36,049 bases of DNA from Capsulimonadales bacterium (GCA_033762295.1 JANRLW010000122.1:1-36049), one strand, 5' to 3'; positions 9,387 through 17,872 are shown, counted from the first letter of the stretch. A program made the numbers and translations. The notes: a model not told the origin generated them from the letters alone.

Positions 9387-9502
9387 GGCAACGCCTTCAG
9401 GGAATCGGATCGCGCACGGCAAGGGGCCTGAAACCGCCGCATCAACCACTCGAAGGCCGCACGATCCCCATTTTGCGCCGCTCGTATCCGTTGTTCCATC
9501 AT
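9383..9502 (-). pseudogene. Truncated ECF sigma factor remnant
   Basis: MMEQRIRAAQNGDRAAFEWLMRRFQ matches the ECF N-terminal 'A-x-x-GD-x-x-AF-x-x-L-x-x-R-(Y/F)' helix. Stops after 39 aa, overlapping the priA stop. Confidence 0.6.
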
Positions 9503-9587
9503 CGCTTGCGTATTAAGGTGCCCTCCCGCCGATGAAAAGTTATGACGGCAGGAATTTCGTTTGTCGAACGCGAACCAAACCGGCATT

Positions 9588-10082
9588 ATGCCCGATCTTC
9601 TGGTGCCTCTTTACAAACTGCCTCCGGTACAGGAGAGAATCGATGCGCTACGTTCGGAGGGGATCGTCATTCGACGCGCCTATCCGTTCGACCTCTCCCG
9701 AACGCGCCGGTTCATTATCAAGCATTTTAGCGAGGGATGGGCCGACGAGGCCGAAGCCGCCTTTGCGCGTCTTCCGATCACCTGCTGGATCGCCGTCCAT
9801 GAGAAACGCGTCGTCGGCTTCGCCTGTGTGGAAGCGACCGCCCGGAGTTTCTTCGGCCCGACCGGTGTCGATACCGCGTTTCGCGGCAAGGGCATCGGCG
9901 CGGCGTTGCTGCTTGCCTCGCTGCACGGTCTGCGCGAGATGGGCTACGCCTACGGCATCATCGGCGCGGCGGGTCCGGTCGATTTCTATGTCAAATCGGT
10001 CGGTGCGATCCCGATTCCCGATTCCAGCCCCGGCATCTATCTCGACCTGCTCGGTCCGGACGGCGCGGAAGCCCGCGGCTAA
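9588..10082 (+). CDS. GNAT family N-acetyltransferase
   Basis: FFGPTGVDTAFRGKGIGAALL acetyl-CoA binding motif and FY motif near the C-terminus. Confidence 0.9.
   Translation: MPDLLVPLYKLPPVQERIDALRSEGIVIRRAYPFDLSRTRRFIIKHFSEGWADEAEAAFARLPITCWIAVHEKRVVGFACVEATARSFFGPTGVDTAFRGKGIGAALLLASLHGLREMGYAYGIIGAAGPVDFYVKSVGAIPIPDSSPGIYLDLLGPDGAEARG
9991..10082 (+). repeat. Direct repeat copy 1 (3' end of the GNAT gene)
   Basis: 9999-10060 is identical to 10888-10949 (62 nt); AGCCCGCGGCTAA follows in both copies after a 9-nt indel. Confidence 0.95.
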
Positions 10083-10251
10083 TACTTTGTTTCCGACGAT
10101 CGATCCGTATAGCCATGCGGCCTGTCTCCACCGTTACCGGAGCGACCGGCCTGTGTTACGGTTATCCGTTCGCCTGTACCTACCGCCGATGCATGGGTGA
10201 GGGCTATCGAATCGTTTTCACCGGGACCATCAACGCCCCGGTTCGCCTCGC

Positions 10252-10785
10252 TCATGGACGCTCACGCCCCGGTTCTTCTTCTGCGCCGCGATTCCGGAGC
10301 GTGCCGGTCCGCTCCATTTCGTACAGTCCCATCTCCTCGGACAGGGCGACCAGTGCATCAAACGCCAGGTGAGATTCCTGCCGCTCCTTCTCCAAATACT
10401 GCAACAGTTCCGAATAGCGGACGCGCCGGTGCTCGCCGACTTTTCGGTAGGGAAGCTTCCCCTCTTCCAACAACTTCACGAAAAAAGGGCGGGAAACGCC
10501 CAGCAGGTCCGCCGCCTGCTGAGTGGACAATTCCGCATGCAGGGGTACCAGAGTCACCGTCTGACCCTCAGCCAGTTTCGCCAGGACCTCGGCAAGCAGT
10601 CGCATGGCGATGGAAGGCACGGTAGCCTCTACCGCCTCACCTGTCGCAGGGTTGGTCAGTCGGAGCGATAGGGGGGACTCGCCGCGAACAAAGCCAGCCA
10701 GTGTCTCGCTGGTCGCGCGTGCCAGCGCGGTTTCCCGTTCGGGGAGCGTCACCGGTTCGACCGCCCCGTTACGAAAACGAGTCAT
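10252..10785 (-). CDS. Excisionase-family (HTH_17) DNA-binding protein, antitoxin-like
   Basis: ELSTQQAADLLGVSRPFFVKLLEEGKLPYRKVGEHRRV is the classic motif. GAGGGAG SD before ATG 10785. Confidence 0.9.
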   Translation of the reverse strand: MTRFRNGAVEPVTLPERETALARATSETLAGFVRGESPLSLRLTNPATGEAVEATVPSIAMRLLAEVLAKLAEGQTVTLVPLHAELSTQQAADLLGVSRPFFVKLLEEGKLPYRKVGEHRRVRYSELLQYLEKERQESHLAFDALVALSEEMGLYEMERTGTLRNRGAEEEPGRERP

Positions 10786-10840
10786 TCTTGTGTCTCCCTC
10801 GAATAGGTCCTGGGTCATCCTAACAGCTAATCGCATCCGG

Positions 10841-10867
10841 CGCAACAATCGAAATAATCGAATTGGA
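10841..10867. promoter_or_regulatory. Three tandem 9-bp direct repeats, putative operator of the HTH_17 gene
   Basis: CGCAACAAT-CGAAATAAT-CGAATTGGA, about 55 nt upstream of the HTH_17 start. Confidence 0.5.
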
Positions 10868-10879
10868 CAAGATTCGGGA

Positions 10880-10962
10880 TCAGATCCGTCGGTGCGATCC
10901 CGATTCCCGATTCCAGCCCCGGCATCTATCTCGACCTGCTCGGTCCGGAAGCCCGCGGCTAA
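10880..10962 (+). repeat. Direct repeat copy 2 (orphan GNAT 3' end)
   Basis: Near-identical to 9991-10082; encodes SVGAIPIPDSSPGIYLDLLGPEARG* with no upstream gene body. Confidence 0.95.
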
Positions 10963-11101
10963 AAAATACTTTCCCCCGGTTCGATCCTTTTTCCCGGTTC
11001 GCTGCGCCTATCTTCCGAACAATAGGAACAACGGCGCAGCGACCGATCCCCGGTTTCCTGTCCCGAGAGCATCCGCAACCGTCATACGGGAGGACATCGC
11101 C

Positions 11102-12628
11102 ATGAAAACGACAGAGGAAACCGCTTCCCCCTCGGACGCAGGGTTGATCCGACGATCTCTTCGCGGGGAACGTTCGGCGTTCGCGCAGATCGTCGCTCGT
11201 TACCGGGAGGCGGTGACGGCGACGGCGTTCTATGCTCTGGGCAATTCCGAGGACGCACAGGATGCCACCCAGGAGACGTTCGTCTATGCGTTCCGGAATC
11301 TGAACGAACTACGCGATGTCGATCGGCTACTGCCCTGGCTGCGGCGGATCGCCGTCCACCGGGCGATTGACCTGCGGCGACGCCGGTCCACCCGCTCGCA
11401 CTCCTCGTTGCCGGACCGGTACGCGGAAACGGCGAAGAGCGTCGATACGGCGTTGCCGACCCTCGAACGGTCGGTGATGGAGATGGCGATTCAGCAACTG
11501 TCCGATCCCCTCCGGCGGACCTTCGAACTCTTTTATCGGCAGGGGCACTCTCTCGAAGAGGTCGCCGTGCTGCTCGATATTCCTCTCAATACCGTCCGCA
11601 GTCGTCTTCAGGCGGCGCGGCAACGACTGTACCATCTGCTGTCGGGGGCGTTCCCCGAAAGGATCGAAACTCACTTTATGGCTGCGAAAACCGTGACCGA
11701 AAACACGACAACGACTCTACCCACCGAATACGAAGCCCTGCTGCGCTCCGTTTTTCCGGATGCCGCGATAACCGACATCAAGCGCGACCCCGAAATGTGG
11801 ATGCCGTTCGAGTACCGGGTTACCCTGAGACTGCCCAACGGGTTCGAACGCCCTGTCGACTTTCGAGGGTTCGCCAATCTCCTGAACGAATTTCGGGGAA
11901 GCGGCGAGGACCCGATCGCTCTTCTCGACGCCCTGAAACGGTGCGGTCTGCCGGTTCCCGAACGACTGGCCGGACCGATCCTGCGCCCGGACGGCTCTCG
12001 GGTCGCGCTTTGTTCGACTCCGATCGGGGAGAACCTGCTGCTCCGGGCGTTCGACGGCAATCCCCACCGAATCCGGCACGCGACCGACCTGGGAATCGCG
12101 GCGATCGACCAACTGCACGGAATCACGGCACGACTGGAGAAGGAGCCGATTGCAGCGCGATTGCCGCGTCGGACCCTGGTTGACGACCTGAACGAGATCA
12201 TCGACAAAGGCGGACCATGGCTGAGCGAACCGACCTTCGCCGACGCCCTGAATCGGTTCCGTCCGATCGTCGAGGAGGTCGCGCGAACGACACCGCTGGT
12301 TTATACGAACGACCTGTACTTCCCGAACTTCCTGCGCGTTCAGGACGATCGAATCACCGAGTTTATCCAGCCCTTCGGCTGGTTCGGAGACCCGCTGCTC
12401 GGTCTGGCGAAGTTCCGGACCTACGACTGCTATCCGTTCGTACATACCGGATTTGTCGAACGGTATCTTTTTGATAAAGGATACTCACGCCGCGATTTCG
12501 CCCCGCGCCTGGCGGTGCGAGCGCTGTGGACCCTGCAAAGGGAAACCCAGGCGGAACAACGGCCCGGAGAGAACGGCTACCGGGACGAACTGCTCCGCCA
12601 GTTACGTTACGCTCTCGATTCGCTCTAA
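11102..12628 (+). CDS. ECF sigma-70 factor with C-terminal APH/choline-kinase-like domain
   Basis: sigma2 (GERSAFAQIV..EDAQDATQETF..WLRRIA) and sigma4 (SLEEVAVLLDIPLNTVRSRL), then ~315 aa with GLPVP, QLH, LVYTNDLYFPN, GDPLLGLA. GGAGG SD before ATG 11102. Confidence 0.88.
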   Translation: MKTTEETASPSDAGLIRRSLRGERSAFAQIVARYREAVTATAFYALGNSEDAQDATQETFVYAFRNLNELRDVDRLLPWLRRIAVHRAIDLRRRRSTRSHSSLPDRYAETAKSVDTALPTLERSVMEMAIQQLSDPLRRTFELFYRQGHSLEEVAVLLDIPLNTVRSRLQAARQRLYHLLSGAFPERIETHFMAAKTVTENTTTTLPTEYEALLRSVFPDAAITDIKRDPEMWMPFEYRVTLRLPNGFERPVDFRGFANLLNEFRGSGEDPIALLDALKRCGLPVPERLAGPILRPDGSRVALCSTPIGENLLLRAFDGNPHRIRHATDLGIAAIDQLHGITARLEKEPIAARLPRRTLVDDLNEIIDKGGPWLSEPTFADALNRFRPIVEEVARTTPLVYTNDLYFPNFLRVQDDRITEFIQPFGWFGDPLLGLAKFRTYDCYPFVHTGFVERYLFDKGYSRRDFAPRLAVRALWTLQRETQAEQRPGENGYRDELLRQLRYALDSL

Positions 12629-14106
12629 AGGATCCATTTCCGGCCGTCGCGGGCGAGCAGTTCGTCCGCGGCTTCCGGCCCCCAGGTTCCCGCCGCGTAG
12701 TTCGGGAAATCGGCGGGTTCCGAACGCCAGTAGGCCAGCAACGGATCGACCACACGCCAGGCGGCGTCGATCTCGTCCTCCCGCATGAAAAGGACGGCAT
12801 CGCCGTTCAGCGCATCCAGTAGCAGTCGCTCATAAGCGTCCTTGAGCGGTGTCTGGAACGTCTCCTGATAGTACATATCCAGCTCGATCGGGATCAGATC
12901 GTTCATCGTGCCGGGACGTTTCAGTTCGACCACCAGCGCGATTTCCGCATCGGGCTGAATCCGCAGGCGCAGACGGTTGGGCTCCGGTTTGCGCGTCGAC
13001 GACCGAAACAGCGTCAACGGTGCGCCCTTGAAGATGATATTTACTTCCGTCACCTGACGCGGCAACCGCTTCCCGGCGCGGACGTAAAACGGCACGCCGG
13101 ACCACCGCCAGGACTCGATAAACAGACGGGCGGCCATATAGGTTTCGGTATTGGACTCCGGGGGAATACCCGGTTCCTGCCGGTAGCCAGAAACCCCCTC
13201 CCCGGAAGCGTCATAGCCGGGGCCATACTGCCCACGGACCGCGTAGTACGCGGTCAACGGACGCATCGACTCCAGCACCTTGGATTTCTCCTCGCGTATC
13301 GCTTTCGCGGCGAACGAGTTCGGCGGTTCCATCGCGAGCAGGGCCAGCACCTGCAGGGCGTGGCTCTGGACCATGTCGCGTGTCTGACCCATCGGGTCGA
13401 AATACGCCCCGCGACGCTCGACGCCCAGGGTCTCGGCGACCGTAATCTGTACCTGATCGACGTACCCGCGGTTCCAGAGCGGTTCGAACAGCGAGTTGGC
13501 GAACCGCAATACGGAAACATCCTGCACCGCGTCCTTGCCCAGATAGTGGTCGATGCGGAAGACCTGATCCTCGGCGACGACCTTATGGAACTGCTCGGTG
13601 AGCCGCTTCGCCGATTCCCGGTCGATGCCGAACGGTTTCTCCGCGATGATCCGGGTCCACGGCGTCTGTGTGGCGGACGGCGTCGTCAGTTGCGTCCGAT
13701 CGAGATGCCCCAGAATATCCGGCACCAGGGCGGGGGGGGTCGCCATGTAGAACAGCCGATTTCCGAAAGTGCTGCGTTCCTTCTCGACCCGCAACAACTC
13801 CTCGGCCAGACGCTCATAGCCGTCGGCATCGGTGAAATTCGCGGCGACGAAGGAGGTCAGGGCGACAAATTCATCCAGCGCCGTGCCGGATTTATCGCTC
13901 TCGGCGACGAACTCTTTCAGCGACCAGCGGACAAAATCGTGGTAGTCGGGCTTTTCCGAATGCGGCAGGGCGAACCCGACGATGGCAAAGTTCGCCGGAA
14001 GAAGCTTTTCACAGTAAAGCCGGAAGAGGGCCGGCAGAAGTTTCCGGCGTGTCAGATCGCCCGTCGCCCCGAAAAGAACGAAGGCACAGGAGGTTCGTGC
14101 GGGCAT
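12625..14106 (-). CDS. zwf: Glucose-6-phosphate 1-dehydrogenase
   Basis: FGATGDL, EKPFG, RIDHYLGK, RWSGVPFYVRAGK motifs. Confidence 0.97.
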   Translation of the reverse strand: MPARTSCAFVLFGATGDLTRRKLLPALFRLYCEKLLPANFAIVGFALPHSEKPDYHDFVRWSLKEFVAESDKSGTALDEFVALTSFVAANFTDADGYERLAEELLRVEKERSTFGNRLFYMATPPALVPDILGHLDRTQLTTPSATQTPWTRIIAEKPFGIDRESAKRLTEQFHKVVAEDQVFRIDHYLGKDAVQDVSVLRFANSLFEPLWNRGYVDQVQITVAETLGVERRGAYFDPMGQTRDMVQSHALQVLALLAMEPPNSFAAKAIREEKSKVLESMRPLTAYYAVRGQYGPGYDASGEGVSGYRQEPGIPPESNTETYMAARLFIESWRWSGVPFYVRAGKRLPRQVTEVNIIFKGAPLTLFRSSTRKPEPNRLRLRIQPDAEIALVVELKRPGTMNDLIPIELDMYYQETFQTPLKDAYERLLLDALNGDAVLFMREDEIDAAWRVVDPLLAYWRSEPADFPNYAAGTWGPEAADELLARDGRKWIL

Positions 14107-14109
14107 CGT

Positions 14110-15066
14110 CTACAGGTCCTTCTTTCCGCCGGAGGGTTGAGGTTTCCCTTCCATCTTTTCCAGGTGCTTGGCGACGACCGCATGGCCGCCGAACTGATTT
14201 CGCAGCGCGGCGATCACCTTGCCCGCGTACGATTCGTCCTGGCGGGATCGGAACCGGGTCTGCAGGGCGAGGGTGATGACCGGCAACGGAATCGCCCGGT
14301 CGATACTCTCCTGAACCGTCCACCGCCCGGTGCCGTTGTCGGCGATGTCGTCGTCAAACTCCTCGAACTCCTGGCCGGATTCGAAAGCGCGCTCGGCCAG
14401 TTCCAGAAGCCAGGAGCGGACGACGCTTCCCTGATTCCAGACATGGGAGATTCGATGCAGGTCCAGATCGAACTCGGTCGCGCCGTGCAGCAGTTCGAAC
14501 CCCTCGGCGTATGCCTGAAGAAGGCCGTATTCGATGCCGTTGTGGACCATTTTGACGAAGTGCCCGGCGCCGGTCGGACCGACGTGCGCGTAACCGTCGG
14601 GCGGTGTCAGGGCGAGAAGCAGCGGTTCGATCGCCTGCACCGTCTCCTCGGCGCCGCCGATCATCAGACAGTAGCCGTTGCGAAGACCCCAGATCCCCCC
14701 GGAGGTTCCGCAATCCACGAACCGGACACCGCGCGCTTCGAGTTCCTTCGCATGACGGATCGAGTCTTTGTAAAAGGTGTTTCCGCCATCTACGACGATA
14801 TCTCCGGGGGAGGCCACTTCGCCGACCTGGGTAACGACGCTGTCGGTGATTTTTCCGGCCGGCACCATCAGCCAGAAAACACGCGGGGTTTCGTTAAATT
14901 TTTCCGCCAGACCTTGTAACGAGTCCGACGTGCCGATATTCTCGGCTTCCGCCTGAGCCCGGCTTTCCTCCGAAAGATCAAATCCGTAGGCAGTATGGCC
15001 ATGCTGCGCCAGACGCGCCGCCATATTCTGCCCCATTCGACCGAGACCAATGAATCCGACTTCCAC
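14110..15066 (-). CDS. gnd: 6-phosphogluconate dehydrogenase (decarboxylating, short form)
   Basis: GFIGLGRMG, VDGGN, DCGTSGG, GHFVKMVHNGIEYG, LRNQFGGH. Confidence 0.96.
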   Translation of the reverse strand: MEVGFIGLGRMGQNMAARLAQHGHTAYGFDLSEESRAQAEAENIGTSDSLQGLAEKFNETPRVFWLMVPAGKITDSVVTQVGEVASPGDIVVDGGNTFYKDSIRHAKELEARGVRFVDCGTSGGIWGLRNGYCLMIGGAEETVQAIEPLLLALTPPDGYAHVGPTGAGHFVKMVHNGIEYGLLQAYAEGFELLHGATEFDLDLHRISHVWNQGSVVRSWLLELAERAFESGQEFEEFDDDIADNGTGRWTVQESIDRAIPLPVITLALQTRFRSRQDESYAGKVIAALRNQFGGHAVVAKHLEKMEGKPQPSGGKKDL

Positions 15067-15134
15067 TTTTGCCTCTCCCTTCGTTCATGGCCGCGGGAGG
15101 ATTGTACCCGAACGGAACGACGTTCCGGGCAGGT

Positions 15135-15581
15135 TTAATCGAGCAAAGCGGGAAACCTCGGAAAGATCCGCCGGGGAAGCGCGAAGGGTCCGGGACCTAG
15201 CAACAGCAGGGGGAAGAGAAGACCGATCAGGGCGAAGTTATACTCAAAGCCCTTCTCGCTCAGGAAAAAGCCGTTCTTGCCGTGCACCATGATGATCGCG
15301 CCGAACATGATCACGATCAGGGACGCCGCCGAAAAACGCGTCAGGAAGCCGACGAGGATTCCCAATCCGCCGAAGAACTCGCCGACCGAAACCAGGAAGC
15401 CAAGAACTGGGCCCATCTGTCCCATCACGGCGTTCAGGCCCGGGCCACCGAAAAGGCCGAAGACCTTCTGTGCCCCGTGCGCCATGAAAATGACGCCGAC
15501 CACGATTCGAAGAATCAACAGCGACCAGGCGACACGCTCCGCTCCCCGGGCATCGAGTACGTTTACCACCGGCATATTCAT
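15135..15581 (-). CDS. DoxX family membrane protein
   Basis: LRIVVGVIFMAHGAQK, EFFGG, GFLTR, GFEYN, GPG motifs. Exact start uncertain. Confidence 0.92.
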   Translation of the reverse strand: MNMPVVNVLDARGAERVAWSLLILRIVVGVIFMAHGAQKVFGLFGGPGLNAVMGQMGPVLGFLVSVGEFFGGLGILVGFLTRFSAASLIVIMFGAIIMVHGKNGFFLSEKGFEYNFALIGLLFPLLLLGPGPFALPRRIFPRFPALLD

Positions 15582-15582
15582 A

Positions 15583-15627
15583 AAACAGCGCAAAACCGAT
15601 GGAGGTTCCGTCGGTTTTGCGCTGTTT
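15583..15627. terminator. Long inverted repeat / intrinsic terminator after the TPR gene
   Basis: AAACAGCGCAAAACCGA-T-GGA (GGT) TCC-G-TCGGTTTTGCGCTGTTT: 21-bp stem with one non-Watson-Crick pair. Confidence 0.75.
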
Positions 15628-15659
15628 CCGGGAGTTCCTGAAAGGCAGGTTTCGCCCGG

Positions 15660-17069
15660 TCAGGGATTGAGCGACCGGCCGCCTCCGCTGAGCACCGCCA
15701 TCATGGCCGCTCCAAGGATCAGGACGAGCAGGAACCCGATCACCAGTCCGGCGACCATCAGGCCGACCGCCCAGTAGGTCCAGGTCCGCTGGCACTGGTG
15801 AAAATCCTCCACCGAGGCGAAGTTGCGGTTCTGCCAGGCGAGCTTGTTTCCGTTGATTCCCAGATAGATGCCGAACCCGAACTGTACGAAACCGAGCAAC
15901 AGGGAGACGATACCCGTCCACGACCCGCCGCCATCACGACCGCTCGCCGACGCGCTGGCGGCGCCGACGATGCCGATCAGGATCGGCAAAACGAAAAAGA
16001 CGCCGACCATCGCCGCGCCGATGGTCGTCAGGCGCATATTGAAGGCCCAGATAAACCCCCAGCCCTGCCACGTCAGCAGAAAAGCGCCCCAGTTGAACGG
16101 TTTCGAGACCTCGAACGGAACATCGCCCTGCATGCCCGAGGTGTTCACCAGGTTCGTCTGATAGTTCTGACCGAGGACGGGCGGCGGGGCGTAGTTCGAT
16201 GCCCCCGGATAACTGCTGGCGACGTTCGCCGCGAACGCGGAGGGCGAGGCGGAAGGCGGAGGGGCGACGGAAGGGACATGGCCGGCGGGCGCGGTGCCGG
16301 GGCGTAATGTCGGGGTCCCCCCCGGCCCGACGGAACCGAGCATGCTCGCGTTTCCGCCGCCGATATTGGTATGCCCGGTGTCCTGCGGCGCGGACGACGC
16401 CATCCCGACCGAGGAGAGGCCGGTCGCATTCCCCCCACCGATGTTGGAGTGACCACCGGCGGGCGGCGGAGCCGCCTCCCGGTGCGCCCCGATGGAGAGA
16501 AGCCCGGTCGCATTTCCCCCGCCGATATTCGTATGACCGGCGGGCGACGGTTGGGTCTGTTGTGCCTGCTGGGCCGCGTAACCGGGAGAACTGATCGAGG
16601 CAAGTCCGGTGGCATTCCCCCCACCGATATTCGTATGCCCTTCGGCCGGAACATTGGGTGTGGCGGGGCGCGGGACGCCCAGTTGTTCGGCGACCTCTCC
16701 GAGGCGGGTTCGTGCCGGATCATGTCCGGGGTCCAGGGAGACCGCCCGTTCGAAGCTGGATTTCGCCTCCGGCAGTCGGCCCGCGCTCTGCAGGGCCAGT
16801 CCGAGATTGTAATGACTGCGGGCGGCCATGGGGACGATTCGGACGGCGTTGCGGAACGCTTCCACGGCGCCGTTCGCGTCCCCTTTGGACGCCAGCGCGC
16901 CGCCCAGAAGACGCCAGGCGACCTCATCGTTATTATCCAGTGCGACGGCCTCCCGAAGTACGGCAGCCGCCTCTTCAAACTTCCCCTGTTTCAGAAGGGC
17001 CGTCCCGGCCTCCTTCGGATCGTCTATCCGGCCGGGCAGCGCGCTGCCGGCACCGTTCTCCGCCATCAA
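15660..17069 (-). CDS. TPR protein with repeat-containing disordered linker and C-terminal membrane domain
   Basis: N-terminal TPRs (AWRLLGGAL, SHYNLGLAL), four GHxNIGGGNA repeats, then FNWGAFLLTW...G..GNKLAWQ membrane module (DUF2628-like) with several TM helices. Confidence 0.85.
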   Translation of the reverse strand: MMAENGAGSALPGRIDDPKEAGTALLKQGKFEEAAAVLREAVALDNNDEVAWRLLGGALASKGDANGAVEAFRNAVRIVPMAARSHYNLGLALQSAGRLPEAKSSFERAVSLDPGHDPARTRLGEVAEQLGVPRPATPNVPAEGHTNIGGGNATGLASISSPGYAAQQAQQTQPSPAGHTNIGGGNATGLLSIGAHREAAPPPAGGHSNIGGGNATGLSSVGMASSAPQDTGHTNIGGGNASMLGSVGPGGTPTLRPGTAPAGHVPSVAPPPSASPSAFAANVASSYPGASNYAPPPVLGQNYQTNLVNTSGMQGDVPFEVSKPFNWGAFLLTWQGWGFIWAFNMRLTTIGAAMVGVFFVLPILIGIVGAASASASGRDGGGSWTGIVSLLLGFVQFGFGIYLGINGNKLAWQNRNFASVEDFHQCQRTWTYWAVGLMVAGLVIGFLLVLILGAAMMAVLSGGGRSLNP

Positions 17070-17153
17070 TCGTCCGTCCTTTCCGGTCGGAAGGACCCCA
17101 ACGTCGTCCCCCGCCCGCGTCCCCTAACCCTTTATTCCGCTTATGTTTCGCTC

Positions 17154-17184
17154 AGTATACAGGACGAAAATCCGTTTCTGTCAA
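17154..17184 (-). promoter_or_regulatory. sigma70-like promoter with 19-bp spacer
   Basis: Minus strand TTGACA-N19-TATACT upstream of the 17069 start. Confidence 0.5.
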
Positions 17185-17221
17185 GAGGTTTATCGTGATT
17201 CCGTGCTATCGGGAACGGGGT

Positions 17222-17719
17222 TCACGCTTCCAGCAGTAGAATGAACTTTTCGAGCACCTTTCCCACGGGCAAATCGGTCATGTTTTTACCACGGTAGGCG
17301 AGGGTGATTATTCCGTTCCGATCCAGAATGAACAGGGACGGGCGGGCCAGGTTGAACCCCTCCGGCGATAACCAGTAGTGCGAACCGTAGGATCGGGCGA
17401 CCTCCCGCGTCTCATCGGCGAGCAGCGGAAACGGAAGACGGACCGACTCGGTATAGGCACGCACCGACCGCCGGTTCTGACAGACGATGCCCAGAAGAGT
17501 GATTCCGGCCTCGCGCAGACGGGGTTCGTTGTCCGCGAGCAGGCGCATCTGATCCCGGCAGAACGGACACCAGGTTCCGCGAAAAAAGACCAGCAGGATA
17601 TCTCGACCGGTCAGATCGGACAGACGGACCGTTTCTTCGTTCCGCGCATCCGGCAGGCAAAAATCCGGGGCGGGCATCCCGGCCTCAGGAATGGTCGAAT
17701 CGAGCTTTGCGGGTTTCAT
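17222..17719 (-). CDS. AhpC/TSA family (peroxiredoxin-like) redoxin
   Basis: APDFCLPD, FFRGTWCPFC, FPLLAD, PSLFILD. GGAAGG before ATG 17719. Confidence 0.9.
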   Translation of the reverse strand: MKPAKLDSTIPEAGMPAPDFCLPDARNEETVRLSDLTGRDILLVFFRGTWCPFCRDQMRLLADNEPRLREAGITLLGIVCQNRRSVRAYTESVRLPFPLLADETREVARSYGSHYWLSPEGFNLARPSLFILDRNGIITLAYRGKNMTDLPVGKVLEKFILLLEA

Positions 17720-17823
17720 CGGGCCTTCCGTCTCCTTCCGACCGTTTCGCCACATTGCCTCGATTCGGTCACCGGCAACAGTGTACCCGGCGCTCCGGCA
17801 AAAATCCGACGGGGGCGGTTCCC

Positions 17824-17852
17824 TTGACAGTTTGACCGGGATATGGTATCTA
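17824..17852 (+). promoter_or_regulatory. Promoter of the tRNA pair
   Basis: TTGACA-N17-TATCTA with upstream TG, 20 nt before tRNA-Leu. Confidence 0.55.
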
Positions 17853-17872
17853 ATTACTCGTCGATCGGTTCC

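Noticed and set aside
10982..11014. CGATCC...TATCTT as an ECF autoregulatory promoter
   Set aside because: The 21-nt spacing is too long to support the call.
10604..11101. 166-aa N-terminal extension of the ECF ORF shown in the track
   Set aside because: It overlaps the HTH_17 gene and repeat copy 2; a clear GGAGG SD marks ATG 11102.
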